The notes under the pieces are model-generated. The model did no database searches and was not told the origin of the DNA. It saw nothing but the letters and a program-made list of their open reading frames with translations. Source: a virus. Taken from it: 64,000 bases of DNA. Shown in pieces: positions 10,297-20,721 of the stretch; position 1 is the stretch's first letter, and every line of letters begins with the position of its first letter. A program made the position numbers and the translations under genes. The stretch spans positions 67,992 to 131,991 of the IMG/VR virus record IMGVR_UViG_3300015024_000001. One strand, written 5' to 3'.

Positions 10297-10734
10297 CACT
10301 TTTCTTCTACGGTCATGCAAGCACATCTTCGAGTGTGTTTTTTATAAAAACCCCGATCATGTAACATAAACGAAATTATCACGGGATCTCGTTACATGTC
10401 GCAACATATCGCAATCCAACTTTACAAAAATCACGATTAACATTAAGAATTATTAAGATAACCTTGTAACCATTGCTATATATAGCTTATAAGCTTATTA
10501 TAGTTAGGTACAGATAGATCTGTTATAGGTTAGTTATGTTATTAAGCAAATATGTTCTTGCAGGACAATACTGTTCTTTCTATCATTACAAAAATACAAA
10601 GCAGTATGCAAATACTGTAATGGAAGATTACCACAATTTCTTACATCCTGCTACATAGTACACACAGGTGACAAGCTACCCCTTGTTAGTTGGTACACAC
10701 TAAAGTACCAGTACACATTATCTGGTAAACAACA

Positions 10735-11160
10735 ATGTCTGATCTACTCACAATCTTCAACAAGCTTTCTGATGACTCTTTGTTCACATACTACCAAGCT
10801 TTATATTGGTACGCTTCTGAGAACCATGAAGGGCAGTTCACAAAGCTTTATTCCATCCTTTCAACACTCAAGTACAAACCTGCACTTACAGAAAAAGCAG
10901 AAGATGTAGATTTCGATGTGTTAGGATTTCCTGTATCACATGACAACATGGTTTTGTTGGCTACAGCGCTACGTCTGTACTACATAGTACAGCAAGAGAG
11001 TTGTAAGTTCGCTAAATTACATAGGTTTACAGATAGAAACCTATACCTTGCAGAATATCATGACTTTGATGATAACCATGTAGTATGTATCACATACTAC
11101 ATGGTGTACAACATTACTGGAGATTCTATAATCAACGAAACTTTCCCTCCTGACCTATAG
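10735..11160 (+). CDS. hypothetical protein
   Basis: 141-aa ORF. Confidence 0.6.
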   Translation: MSDLLTIFNKLSDDSLFTYYQALYWYASENHEGQFTKLYSILSTLKYKPALTEKAEDVDFDVLGFPVSHDNMVLLATALRLYYIVQQESCKFAKLHRFTDRNLYLAEYHDFDDNHVVCITYYMVYNITGDSIINETFPPDL

Positions 11161-11206
11161 GTTGCCCTGTGTACCAGCACAGGACGAGGTTCGATTCCTT
11201 GTAGCT
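11160..11206 (+). ncRNA. mini tRNA-like three-way junction (T-arm, no D-arm)
   Basis: GGTTGC/GTAGCT closing stem, CCTGTG/CACAGG hairpin, GAGG-TTCGATT-CCTT T-arm. Confidence 0.5.
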
Positions 11207-11286
11207 ACATAATCTACACATAGAAGAGAACTAATAAACTTCTCTTCTACTATTACACAGGACAAAACAAGACAAGGGTAGGACAA

Positions 11287-12408
11287 ATGTTAAAGTTACA
11301 AGAAAAGATAAAACTGCTACCGTTCTCGAAGGTGCAGTGTTGGTTCGCCCAGTCGAAGTTCGTATTATGGGAAACCTATGCAGAAGTCATGTATCAGGCT
11401 TGGCTTGCAGGTCGTAATTTGGTCGTCTACGGTAAAGGTGGTTTCGGTAAGTCAGAAATGACCTACCACTTCCTTGCTCTACTAGCAGACACTATTCCTG
11501 ACTTTAGCAGTGACCTATTAGATTGTGGTGGAGCTGATTCCACGAAGATCTGGGCAGGTATTAAAGGTGCTGAATTGCCTAACTTCATCTACAATGTTGA
11601 ATCTAGCTGGTTGGCAAGCCGCTATGTAGTGTTTGAGGAACTCTTTGACGCGCAACTCTCTGCGTTAGTCGAGATGAAACAAACCTTGACTTCAGGGGAA
11701 TTTCGTACACCACTACAAAGATATGTCTCAAAATATGAGTGGCTTATCTGCCTGACCAACAAAAGCAAAGCAGAAGTTCTTGATAGTGTATCGGAAGAGT
11801 CACGCAACACAGTAGATGCTTTACTCCAGCGTTTTCCACTAGCTTACCAGCTAGAATGGACTTCAGAGCAGTTAAGAGATTCCGCTACTTGGTATGAACT
11901 ATTCGCCAAAACAAAACCACATCTTACAGCAAATGTGCGTGACCTATACGCAGGTGCAATGGCACAAGCACACAAGCAAAAGAAAGCCAACCATGACTAT
12001 ATGAGTCCTCGGTCAGCATTACATCTACTTAGCACAACTGAAGCTTGGGCTGCAAGCACCAACAAACCTCTCACACTCAGCCATTTTATTTCTACGTCTT
12101 GGGCTTATCCTGAGCCTGTAGCAACTTACTTTAAGGATCAAGAGTTTATGTGGCTTGACCCTGAACCAGAACCTGAGCCAGTAGCAGAGGTTTTGGATAT
12201 TGACTCCATGATCGAATGTCTTGCAGAGTTAGGTACTGATGAACTACCGTTGTACAAGATGCAGCAACTTGACTTGCATGTCAAGAAGTTGGTCTATGCT
12301 TACGAAGACAGCGACCCTGCTGCTGTAGCTTGTTTGCAATCAATGTTTGGCAAACGTCTATGTAAATGGCAAATTGTAACAGATACTCAATTTGTGGAGG
12401 CTGCATAA
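11287..12408 (+). CDS. MoxR/RavA-type AAA+ ATPase
   Basis: GKGGFGKS Walker A, VVFEE Walker B, CLTN sensor, ALLQRF arginine finger; adjacent vWA gene. Confidence 0.8.
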   Translation: MLKLQEKIKLLPFSKVQCWFAQSKFVLWETYAEVMYQAWLAGRNLVVYGKGGFGKSEMTYHFLALLADTIPDFSSDLLDCGGADSTKIWAGIKGAELPNFIYNVESSWLASRYVVFEELFDAQLSALVEMKQTLTSGEFRTPLQRYVSKYEWLICLTNKSKAEVLDSVSEESRNTVDALLQRFPLAYQLEWTSEQLRDSATWYELFAKTKPHLTANVRDLYAGAMAQAHKQKKANHDYMSPRSALHLLSTTEAWAASTNKPLTLSHFISTSWAYPEPVATYFKDQEFMWLDPEPEPEPVAEVLDIDSMIECLAELGTDELPLYKMQQLDLHVKKLVYAYEDSDPAAVACLQSMFGKRLCKWQIVTDTQFVEAA

Positions 12409-12411
12409 ATC

Positions 12412-13668
12412 ATGACACATAGAACATACGCATCACGTCCTATCACAATACCTACTACCGAAATTGCAACCAAATGCTCCCGCTTTGTTATGGACTACAC
12501 AGTGGTTGAAGATTTCTACAATGTAGTACTCGGCAAAGGTAAATTCCATACAGGAGAAGACCTTAGAAAGAAAGTAGCTGAATCTTTAGCAGCAAGTGGT
12601 AGTTGGCGTTATGAGTCTTATCCTGCCGAGACCATCAAACAGCAACTTTTATATGACACTGCTGTTCATAATTTCGTGATTGATTGTGTAAAGCGTAACT
12701 TCATTACGTCTGCCACAATCGAAGCTGACATCTGTAAAATGAATGAAGCCTTTAGTGCAGGTTTCAAAGATTTTGATTCTCATACTAATACGGCGTGTGA
12801 AATAAGTGTTGACAATCGCTACTCTGTGCCAGATTTTAGTACAGTAGTTGGCAATGGTGTTTCCAGCGCTAGCAACTTTCTTTCTACGGTCTGCAAGAAA
12901 GATTGCATTGATGATATCCGTTTGTTCTCACCTGCTATACAGAAAGAACTACAAACTATACAAGACATAGCCTGTAACGTCAAAGCTGCATTAGCTTATA
13001 ACAACGGTACAGCAAAACGGGACACTAACACGAAAACAGATTTTGCAGTACAGAGAAGTAATAAATCACTGCAAGAAGCTAAATTCTTATCTCGTAGCGA
13101 GTATGTTTATGACACCAATACACGGCTTGCTAGACTAGTAGCCAATCAAGCACAGGTTCTTACACCGCAGAAAAAAGTACGCAAGAAATTCGCTCGTTTC
13201 TTGTTGTTAGACTGTTCGGGTAGTATGACTTACTATGCAAGATACAATGTGGCAGCAGCTATACTGTTGGATTCTATAGAGTCTGTAGTCACAAACGGTG
13301 ATATCCTGCACATGGCTTTCTTTGGTGAAGACTTCTTCTACAAAGGTGTTGTAACTAAAGATAACGCCCATGACCTCTTGCTACAAGTGTGTAACAGAAA
13401 GAATTACACTAAAGGGACAGATTATGGTGCTGTAGTTCAGACAGCTTGGCAGATCTTACAGGGATCACCCGACCGCCAACAGCTTGAAATCATACTACTA
13501 TCTGATGGCAAGATTGATGCTTTTAAACCATTGTGTATACAGCAGGAGGGTGTTGTACACTTCGTAGATTTGTCTAACGGTGACCAAATAGACTCTTCTA
13601 TCGCTCGCATGGTTCGAGAACATAATGGCACAATTACTACTTTAAACTCTCGGCGTTTAGTACCATAA
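12412..13668 (+). CDS. vWA-domain protein (ViaA-like partner)
   Basis: LLLDCSGSM MIDAS motif, GTD and ILLSDG. Confidence 0.85.
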   Translation: MTHRTYASRPITIPTTEIATKCSRFVMDYTVVEDFYNVVLGKGKFHTGEDLRKKVAESLAASGSWRYESYPAETIKQQLLYDTAVHNFVIDCVKRNFITSATIEADICKMNEAFSAGFKDFDSHTNTACEISVDNRYSVPDFSTVVGNGVSSASNFLSTVCKKDCIDDIRLFSPAIQKELQTIQDIACNVKAALAYNNGTAKRDTNTKTDFAVQRSNKSLQEAKFLSRSEYVYDTNTRLARLVANQAQVLTPQKKVRKKFARFLLLDCSGSMTYYARYNVAAAILLDSIESVVTNGDILHMAFFGEDFFYKGVVTKDNAHDLLLQVCNRKNYTKGTDYGAVVQTAWQILQGSPDRQQLEIILLSDGKIDAFKPLCIQQEGVVHFVDLSNGDQIDSSIARMVREHNGTITTLNSRRLVP

Positions 13669-13726
13669 CCACCTGATGAGTCTACCTTGCAGTGGTAGCC
13701 GAAACCTTGCTTATGCAGGGTCGTGG
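13669..13726 (+). ncRNA. hammerhead ribozyme, type I
   Basis: CCAC CTGATGA G(T)CTACC-TTGCAGT-GGTAG(C)C GAA ACCTTGC-TTAT-GCAGGGT C GTGG; predicted cleavage after C13722. Confidence 0.88.
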
Positions 13727-14430
13727 GCAACTGTTACTCCCCACATAACAACAAATCTGGTTTTATTGTAGGATGGAATGATACTGCCTTTTGTATCAAC
13801 ACTTGCCGTAGAAAAGAACAACCTTATAAACTAGGAGTAAAAGCGGCTCTAATGTTTTATAGTAGCACAGGTAAGAGACTATTCTCTTTAAGTATGACCT
13901 AATAGCTGTATATCGCGTTCTGAGACTTGCTAGCATATTTTGGCTTACATACTAGCTTTTTATATATAACGAGTCTTAAAGCGCGTTTAAAGGTATGTTT
14001 CTTTTTGTTTACTTGTTAAAAGTAAAACGCTATTACTTGCTTTGTAGCAAAGCTACAAGCTAAGTCGTATCTCTATCAGAAGAAAAAAATAATCTCTTGA
14101 CTCCACAGAGAAGCTAAATAAAAGGAGCCGTCTCTACACCTAGTAGAGCGTGGTGGTACAATAACCCACCGTAGGACATAATATGCTACAAGCAATTCAA
14201 GTTCATTACAGACCACACACAAAAACTGCCAGAGCATTTTGTTTTTCTGGTAGTATTATACTACCAGTAGAGGATTTTGAGACAGATGCGCTCAATGTAG
14301 CTGAAGCACTTCAAGCTAAGATGCAGTGGGAGGAGTATTCTTTAATAGGTGGTCGTCTACCTAATGGTGATTTCGTATTTGTACAATAACACAACTTTTC
14401 AAATCTTCCAACTCATAAAAGCAGGTAACA

Positions 14431-14952
14431 ATGGAAGACAGGCTTACAAAGAAGGTAAGCTTCTACATGACAATTCTTTTGATCTTGTGGAGAAGGAGCT
14501 TGAAACACAGTGGTAAAATTATGAGTAGCTCTGGTAGACAAACAGTTTGGTCGCGGCGTGTTCGTAGACGTGATAATCATACTTGCAATATCTGTTTAAG
14601 TACAGAAAATCTAACTGCACATCATCTTAACTCTGCTGACATTAGACACAGATGGTCGTTAGACAACGGTATCACACTCTGCTTTACATGTCACCAGCGA
14701 TTTCATAAATCACACTAGTGTATAACTAAAAATCAACGCAAACCCTGCACAGCAAATGATTATGTGCGGTACAAGGAGAAAACAATCGCTAAGTACTGCC
14801 GTAATCAAGGCAGAAAAGCATTTCACGCTGGATTAACCAGATGTGATAATCCCTATACAACTACAGAACATTATCTGTGGTGGGATCGAGCTTTTAGATA
14901 TGAGCAACAGCAAACTACACCTTCTTTCTATGGTCTTGAGTATGGTAGTTGA
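14431..14952 (+). pseudogene. HNH endonuclease interrupted by an in-frame TAG at 14716-14718
   Basis: RRDNHTCNIC..AHHL..NGITLCFTCHQRFH, then a stop; the same frame continues into the 14764 ORF. Confidence 0.6.
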
Positions 14953-15119
14953 AATACTTTCACCCCTCTACTATGGGATAATCCACAAATACAAGTTGTC
15001 ATCTAAGCAGCTTGTGTTGTATCAAGACATTGTGCAAGATCAACCTTTATCTTCTAAGGTTATCCACAAGCTACTTGCTAATGGTATTCTAACAAATCAA
15101 ATCAAATCAAGGAACTATA

Positions 15120-16550
15120 ATGCTATCTACTAATTTTTTCCAAGTTGTCATCGCCCCTAACCGTAACTACGCAACTATTGAAAACATCCCTGATGCTTAT
15201 ATATATCTGCCACATCCATTTTCTGAGTATGAAGTTAAGTTGTTGAAAGACTTTTTTACTAACCACTACCCTTGTTTTACATTACATATTACAGGAGAGT
15301 ATTTTAAAACTGCTAATGCAGAATACCCAGAACCAGCACGACAGTTTGTAGATAGTTGCAAATATAGACTAGAGATGAAATCTATAACCTGCAATAATCC
15401 AAAAGCTCTTGAACAACAAATCATTTCTTGTATGGAGATGGAAATCACTGTAGAAGATGAAATTGCAAACATCTGCATACCACGTTTTTGATCTTTCCCT
15501 ACGGTGCATTACTACAACTGTGCATCGTGAGGAGTGATCAAAGTATATAATCACCCACAACAAATAAATGAACACACAAGAGCTACAGTCTATTATTGGC
15601 GAACACAATAATATCCAACGTTGGAAAGAGAAGTATTTAACTGAGTGTCTTTCTCGCAGTCTAGAGTTTAAACGCTACTATTAAGCTGTAAAACACCAAC
15701 AGCATATAATGGAGTTACTTTCTGATTCTCTGTCAATACCACCACTGACCATAGAAGAGAAAGTGGCTAACGCTTTCTTCTACGTTGACTCTAATGGTAG
15801 ATACGAAATTACTTCTTACGATCTTGATGGGAAATACTTCTTTTTTGTAGATTCTGCAAACAACGATGTAGAGTACAACCTCAACTTCCACGAAATCCCT
15901 GCTGATGCTTATTTCTTAGGAGTTACAAAACTATGATTGACGATAGATTCTCACTTGTTCCACATCCTGATTTTAAAAATTTATTCTTTCTACAGTTCAC
16001 TGTTGTTTTACCACAAGAAAAATATTTTACTACACAGACTGGTAAGATTCAGGATGAGTGTAAACGGCAGTATCCTGCTGAACTGTCAACAATCACACCG
16101 TATAAGTATGTCTAACTTTCTTCTGTCCTTTACTCAAGAACAACGTACTCTTACTATATTTCTACTTGAACTTTCCATTATCTACATTGTTATTTACTAC
16201 GTCAAATCTTTGGACAATATAAAACTATGAAACTCATTAACGGTCATCGCTACATTATAACAGAAACACAGAATACCTTTACTTTTGTTTTGTGCAACAG
16301 GAAGGGTACTCGACTACTTTGGCACTCTTGTAGTAAGAATTGCAAAGATGCGGGAGAAGTTAGCTTTTGGAGGAAGGTTGTGATTCTGTATGAGCAGTTT
16401 GAGATTAAACGTAGCACACTTCTGAACCGTAATCTTAACTCCCTGTTTGCAGAAATAGATACTGTGGAGATCCAAGTGGCAGCTATATACACACAAGCTG
16501 GCAATACTGATTTTTTAACGAAAATTGATCGAGTTGTATTAGCATTGTAA
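15120..16550 (+). CDS. cluster of small hypothetical early genes (15120-15491, 15709-15936, 15933-16115, 16227-16550)
   Basis: Co-directional, partly overlapping ORFs ending at hairpin AAAAGAAGCGCTCT..AGAGCGCTTCTTTT (~16557-16597). Confidence 0.55.
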
Positions 16551-16716
16551 TTTTCTAAAAGAAGCGCTCTATATCCTTTATACAGAGCGCTTCTTTTATG
16601 GTTTAAAACCCGATCAAAAACTGACATATATAATAGATATAAAATTATACTAGCAAGCCTTGAAACCCATATAAATCGTTAGCTAAAATCCATATATTAC
16701 GAAATGTAACATTAGA

Positions 16717-16745
16717 TTGCCATTTCCTAGCTATCAGGATATATT
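16717..16745 (+). promoter_or_regulatory. sigma70-type promoter
   Basis: TTGCCA-17 bp-TATATT. Confidence 0.6.
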
Positions 16746-16979
16746 AAGTACATCGAAACAAAGCAAAGCGAAACAAACACAAAGCAAAGCCTAATCGAGA
16801 CTAAGTTGTAGTTATCAAGACACTGGTAGCATTATTACAATAACCTAGCTGAGTAACATTTACTTAGCGCTGTAAACCAACTGTAGGATTAAGTTCCTTA
16901 CAACCGTGCCAAAGTCGGTAACTTACTATATCCAAAGTAAGGATGGTGGTAGTCCAGCAAAATAAATCTGTATGATACC

Positions 16980-17342
16980 ATGCGCTGTTTCCGCTTAACA
17001 CGACACGAAGCTACACCTGAACAAATCAAAGCACTCTGTACTATCTATCATGATCTCACACCAGAGAACATCGTAACTAACAATATAATAATAACAACTA
17101 ATATTAAAGAAGCTGTTACCATGTTTGATGACCTTGTTGGTGATACAGAGTTGGTAGAGGTTGTATTACCAACTAACTTGTTAGAAGCAGTTCTCAAGTT
17201 CTCACAGTGGGCTAAGTTGCCATCATCTTCTCTTCTACGTTCTGTGATGAATCGCACAACAAATACTTCGGGTGAAGTAGAGTTTGTGTTTAGTCACTAT
17301 GAACGGATTTTGAAAGTAGAGATTGTCACTGAAAAACTATAG
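16980..17342 (+). CDS. hypothetical protein
   Basis: 120-aa ORF. Confidence 0.65.
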   Translation: MRCFRLTRHEATPEQIKALCTIYHDLTPENIVTNNIIITTNIKEAVTMFDDLVGDTELVEVVLPTNLLEAVLKFSQWAKLPSSSLLRSVMNRTTNTSGEVEFVFSHYERILKVEIVTEKL

Positions 17343-17548
17343 TTATTTGTAGTCACACCGATGGCACAATTAATCCGAATAGCTAACTACCGTTCATTCG
17401 TTCATCGTTTAAGTTCTGTGAAACAGAAACGACTTACTCATTCACTTTCGTATCGTTATTTTGACATATAAAAAGTCAAAAGTCAATAGAAAATAACCAA
17501 ATAAAGGTACGGATAACCGTACAACCATCTAAACAACAGGACAAAATC

Positions 17549-18259
17549 ATGAAACTTTCATATGCAGACAAACGAAAAATTTCTCAACCTATACAAATCA
17601 CTTTAACTCACGATAAAACAGGTAAGATTGACTACTTCTTAGAGTCATCTATCGAGAAAGACGATGCTGACAATACTACTCATTACACACTTTCGTTCTT
17701 TGGCACTACATACGTTAAGGCTAAAGCTAAGGAAAAGCAAGTTGTAGAAGTTCACGAACTCAACGGTCGTAAGTCTGTCTTGGAGACAGGTAATTACGCT
17801 ACGGAAAAGCTTGTGAAAAAGCTGTTACTAACAGCAAGTTTTGCAGTTGACATGACAAACGATATCTACGTTGTTAAAACAGAGGAGTGGACAGAAGACA
17901 GTGAAAGGAACATCACTAACAAGAAAGGAGATACGGTTTCTGTAGATACACTGATTTACGAAGAAGTCTACGATGACTTCAAGATTCGTACACACCAAGA
18001 TGTGTTTTCTGCATTAATCGAACTTAATGCTAAATCAATCTACAAGAACCCAACCATTTCTTTGCTTCTCAGATTTATTGAATTTGGTGCTTCTAACTAC
18101 ACTTCAGTACTCTTGGAGTGGTATGAAGAGCAGTTCATCAATCCTAAAAACAAGTATCATACAGAGTTCGGTAGTGCTTTTAGCTTAGAGTATAACGAAC
18201 TCAAGGCAAAAGAAGAGCTACCTGATGTTGTGTTTGATGAACCTGAAATCTCTAACTAA
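17549..18259 (+). CDS. hypothetical protein
   Basis: 236-aa ORF, CAGGACAAAA leader. Confidence 0.75.
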   Translation: MKLSYADKRKISQPIQITLTHDKTGKIDYFLESSIEKDDADNTTHYTLSFFGTTYVKAKAKEKQVVEVHELNGRKSVLETGNYATEKLVKKLLLTASFAVDMTNDIYVVKTEEWTEDSERNITNKKGDTVSVDTLIYEEVYDDFKIRTHQDVFSALIELNAKSIYKNPTISLLLRFIEFGASNYTSVLLEWYEEQFINPKNKYHTEFGSAFSLEYNELKAKEELPDVVFDEPEISN

Positions 18260-18357
18260 CTTCCTAGCTGTGTAGTGTTATATTGCACAGCTAAGAGTTT
18301 AGTCAACTCTACATTAACTTGTCTTAGGTTTGTTTTTGTCCTGATCTTCGTGAAGGT

Positions 18358-20544
18358 TTGACCACCTTCATTTTTACCTCTAACACTGAGTTAATCATGC
18401 TTTCACTACCAACTATTGACACATCCAACTCTAAATTCAAAGCTGCTCTTTATACAGCTTTTGAAGATACTGTTTATGCAGAGACTTACACAGCATTTAA
18501 AGCATTTGTTGTGAAGAGTACAAAGTTTCCAATCTCTATAGCGAATAATGAACAAGCGTTACAAGCATGGAAAGAGTTTGTAACTACACAGACAATGCAA
18601 CTAGCTGTTATTGTTGATACCGTAGAAGAGAAGGTGGCTGTTGCTATTGTTGTACCTACAATTATTATCGATGGTGTTGAAGTTCAACTCGTACACAATT
18701 TGATTTTCAACGGTGCTAATATGCGTGATGTTAAGCGTAAGCTTGCAGATCGTATTGACAGAGAGGGCTACACAAATTGGTTAGACGAACAACCTATACA
18801 GAAGTGGCTTGGTAGTGTAAAAGAAGCATTTGAATCAGAACATACACTGCAACCAATACCACTTGACCAACCTTTGTTTATCAACATCGAGTGGTTGCCT
18901 GCTGTTACATATGAACCTGTAACAACTACAAACATCAGAAAAGACGGTGTTATCAAAACATATCAGGAAACTAAGAGTGTAGTAAATGGTAAGAAAGCTA
19001 CACTGTTATCTGATGGTGAACTAGCTAAAAATGCGACTGAAAAAGAGTCTATATATAACCAAGAATTTTTCTATACACCTTATGTAGAGGAACGTACAGA
19101 TGGCACTGTGACTGAACAAGGATTTGAACGCCCTGTAGTTTACTTAAGCATGAGGAAGGGTACTGTAGAGCAACCCAATCATCTTTGGTCTACTTGTTTG
19201 ATACAGTCGTTGGATCGCAAGATTACATATTTTAGTTGGACTAAAAAGAAGTCTCAAGCTAACACACCACAGAGGGAAAAACACCACAAAATCAGGACTG
19301 GTTTTGAAGATTTTCAGGCGCAGATGTTAAATGGTGGTTACAGTGACATTTTCTCTGTTCTACTATACAAATACAATCCTGACGGTACTGTAGTTACTAA
19401 CTGTGTAGGTGGTAAGCCTATCGTTCAACGAGTTATATGTAGGTTTCGTATAGCGGCACATCATCTCACAAAAGATGGAATGCAGTCCACTGACACAGGT
19501 TTATCGCATGTTGACACTTATGATCAAAAGAATGGTGCAGTTGATAAAAGCAACCGCGTTTGGTTAGACTTACGCGGTGCAGATGGCACTTGGTCTGTAG
19601 CTGACTCTATTACAATTGGTAAAGGACATTTCGCAGGAGTCAATGCTGAGTATGACTACAAAGACTTTGACTCCCGTGTAAGTCGTGAGAAAACAGATAC
19701 TCGGCATCTTGGAAAGCATATTTTAGCGTTGTTAAAGGATAACAGTCCTACAACAGAGAATGATATCCGTGAAGCCTGTTCTGAGTTCCAACATGCTGAC
19801 CTGCGTTTTACCAATGACGTTCTCTTCTACGTTCGTGTTTTGCAACTACCAGCAAGAGACGATAAAGAAAATATTATAAGAGGTGTCTATACAACAGTAG
19901 AAGAAGAATACCCAATCTTCAAACGATATATCAAGACACACACTGTAGTGTCTATGTTACAAGAAAACCATAGTGTAGAACATTACTTCTATGAATGGGA
20001 ATCCGTTTGCAAACAAGGGGAGAAATGGTTACAGAAAAATGTTACGGAGTGGTTAGTGCTAGATAGACCTGTAGAAAAGAAAACCTACAAAAAGAAAAAG
20101 GTTGATTCATACTGTATGAACCGCAAACTACCTTTTATGGCTAAACAGACTGTAAGATGGGGTTCACCTGTTTTCACAGACACATCAAACAAACAAGCAG
20201 TGACAAAAGATATTATAGAGGAGCAGTTGAAGGGTATTGTATTAGGTGTATTAGGTGACCTAGACCCTAAGGTTTGGTTTTCTCTCAAGTCTAAACTTGT
20301 ACGCTTTGTAGCAGAACAAAAGAATCCTAAGTGGGCTATTCTTTCTGATGAAGACCGTAGAGAATACTTGAATATCCTTGCACCTACAATTAAGGTCAAA
20401 ACGCCTGATGACCTATTCAACCCAGCAGCTTTTGGTTTACAAGGTAGTGGTGATACACCACCGTCTGATATTTGGTTTCATTTGCTAGAACAGTTCTACA
20501 AAGCATTTGGTATTGGTTTAACTTACACACATTATCAAGCATAA
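18358..20544 (+). CDS. large hypothetical protein (start probably ATG 18397)
   Basis: 728-aa ORF with no recognised motif; terminator at 20551-20578. Confidence 0.75.
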   Translation: MTTFIFTSNTELIMLSLPTIDTSNSKFKAALYTAFEDTVYAETYTAFKAFVVKSTKFPISIANNEQALQAWKEFVTTQTMQLAVIVDTVEEKVAVAIVVPTIIIDGVEVQLVHNLIFNGANMRDVKRKLADRIDREGYTNWLDEQPIQKWLGSVKEAFESEHTLQPIPLDQPLFINIEWLPAVTYEPVTTTNIRKDGVIKTYQETKSVVNGKKATLLSDGELAKNATEKESIYNQEFFYTPYVEERTDGTVTEQGFERPVVYLSMRKGTVEQPNHLWSTCLIQSLDRKITYFSWTKKKSQANTPQREKHHKIRTGFEDFQAQMLNGGYSDIFSVLLYKYNPDGTVVTNCVGGKPIVQRVICRFRIAAHHLTKDGMQSTDTGLSHVDTYDQKNGAVDKSNRVWLDLRGADGTWSVADSITIGKGHFAGVNAEYDYKDFDSRVSREKTDTRHLGKHILALLKDNSPTTENDIREACSEFQHADLRFTNDVLFYVRVLQLPARDDKENIIRGVYTTVEEEYPIFKRYIKTHTVVSMLQENHSVEHYFYEWESVCKQGEKWLQKNVTEWLVLDRPVEKKTYKKKKVDSYCMNRKLPFMAKQTVRWGSPVFTDTSNKQAVTKDIIEEQLKGIVLGVLGDLDPKVWFSLKSKLVRFVAEQKNPKWAILSDEDRREYLNILAPTIKVKTPDDLFNPAAFGLQGSGDTPPSDIWFHLLEQFYKAFGIGLTYTHYQA

Positions 20545-20721
20545 TAACACAAAACAGGGTTGTCAGCCCTGTTTTTTTCGTATAATTAGTAGGTACATTA
20601 TGTCTATTCAACATACTATTCTTTTTGCAATTACATATGCAGTTTTCTTTTCTAGTCTTATTACGTTCCTTTGTATTGGTATACAGAGATCATTAGAAAG
20701 ATCACAAGTTAGCTTAATTTT

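Noticed and set aside
10640-10712. GGTGACAAGC as a twister ribozyme loop
   Set aside because: The other conserved twister segments and pseudoknot partners could not be found
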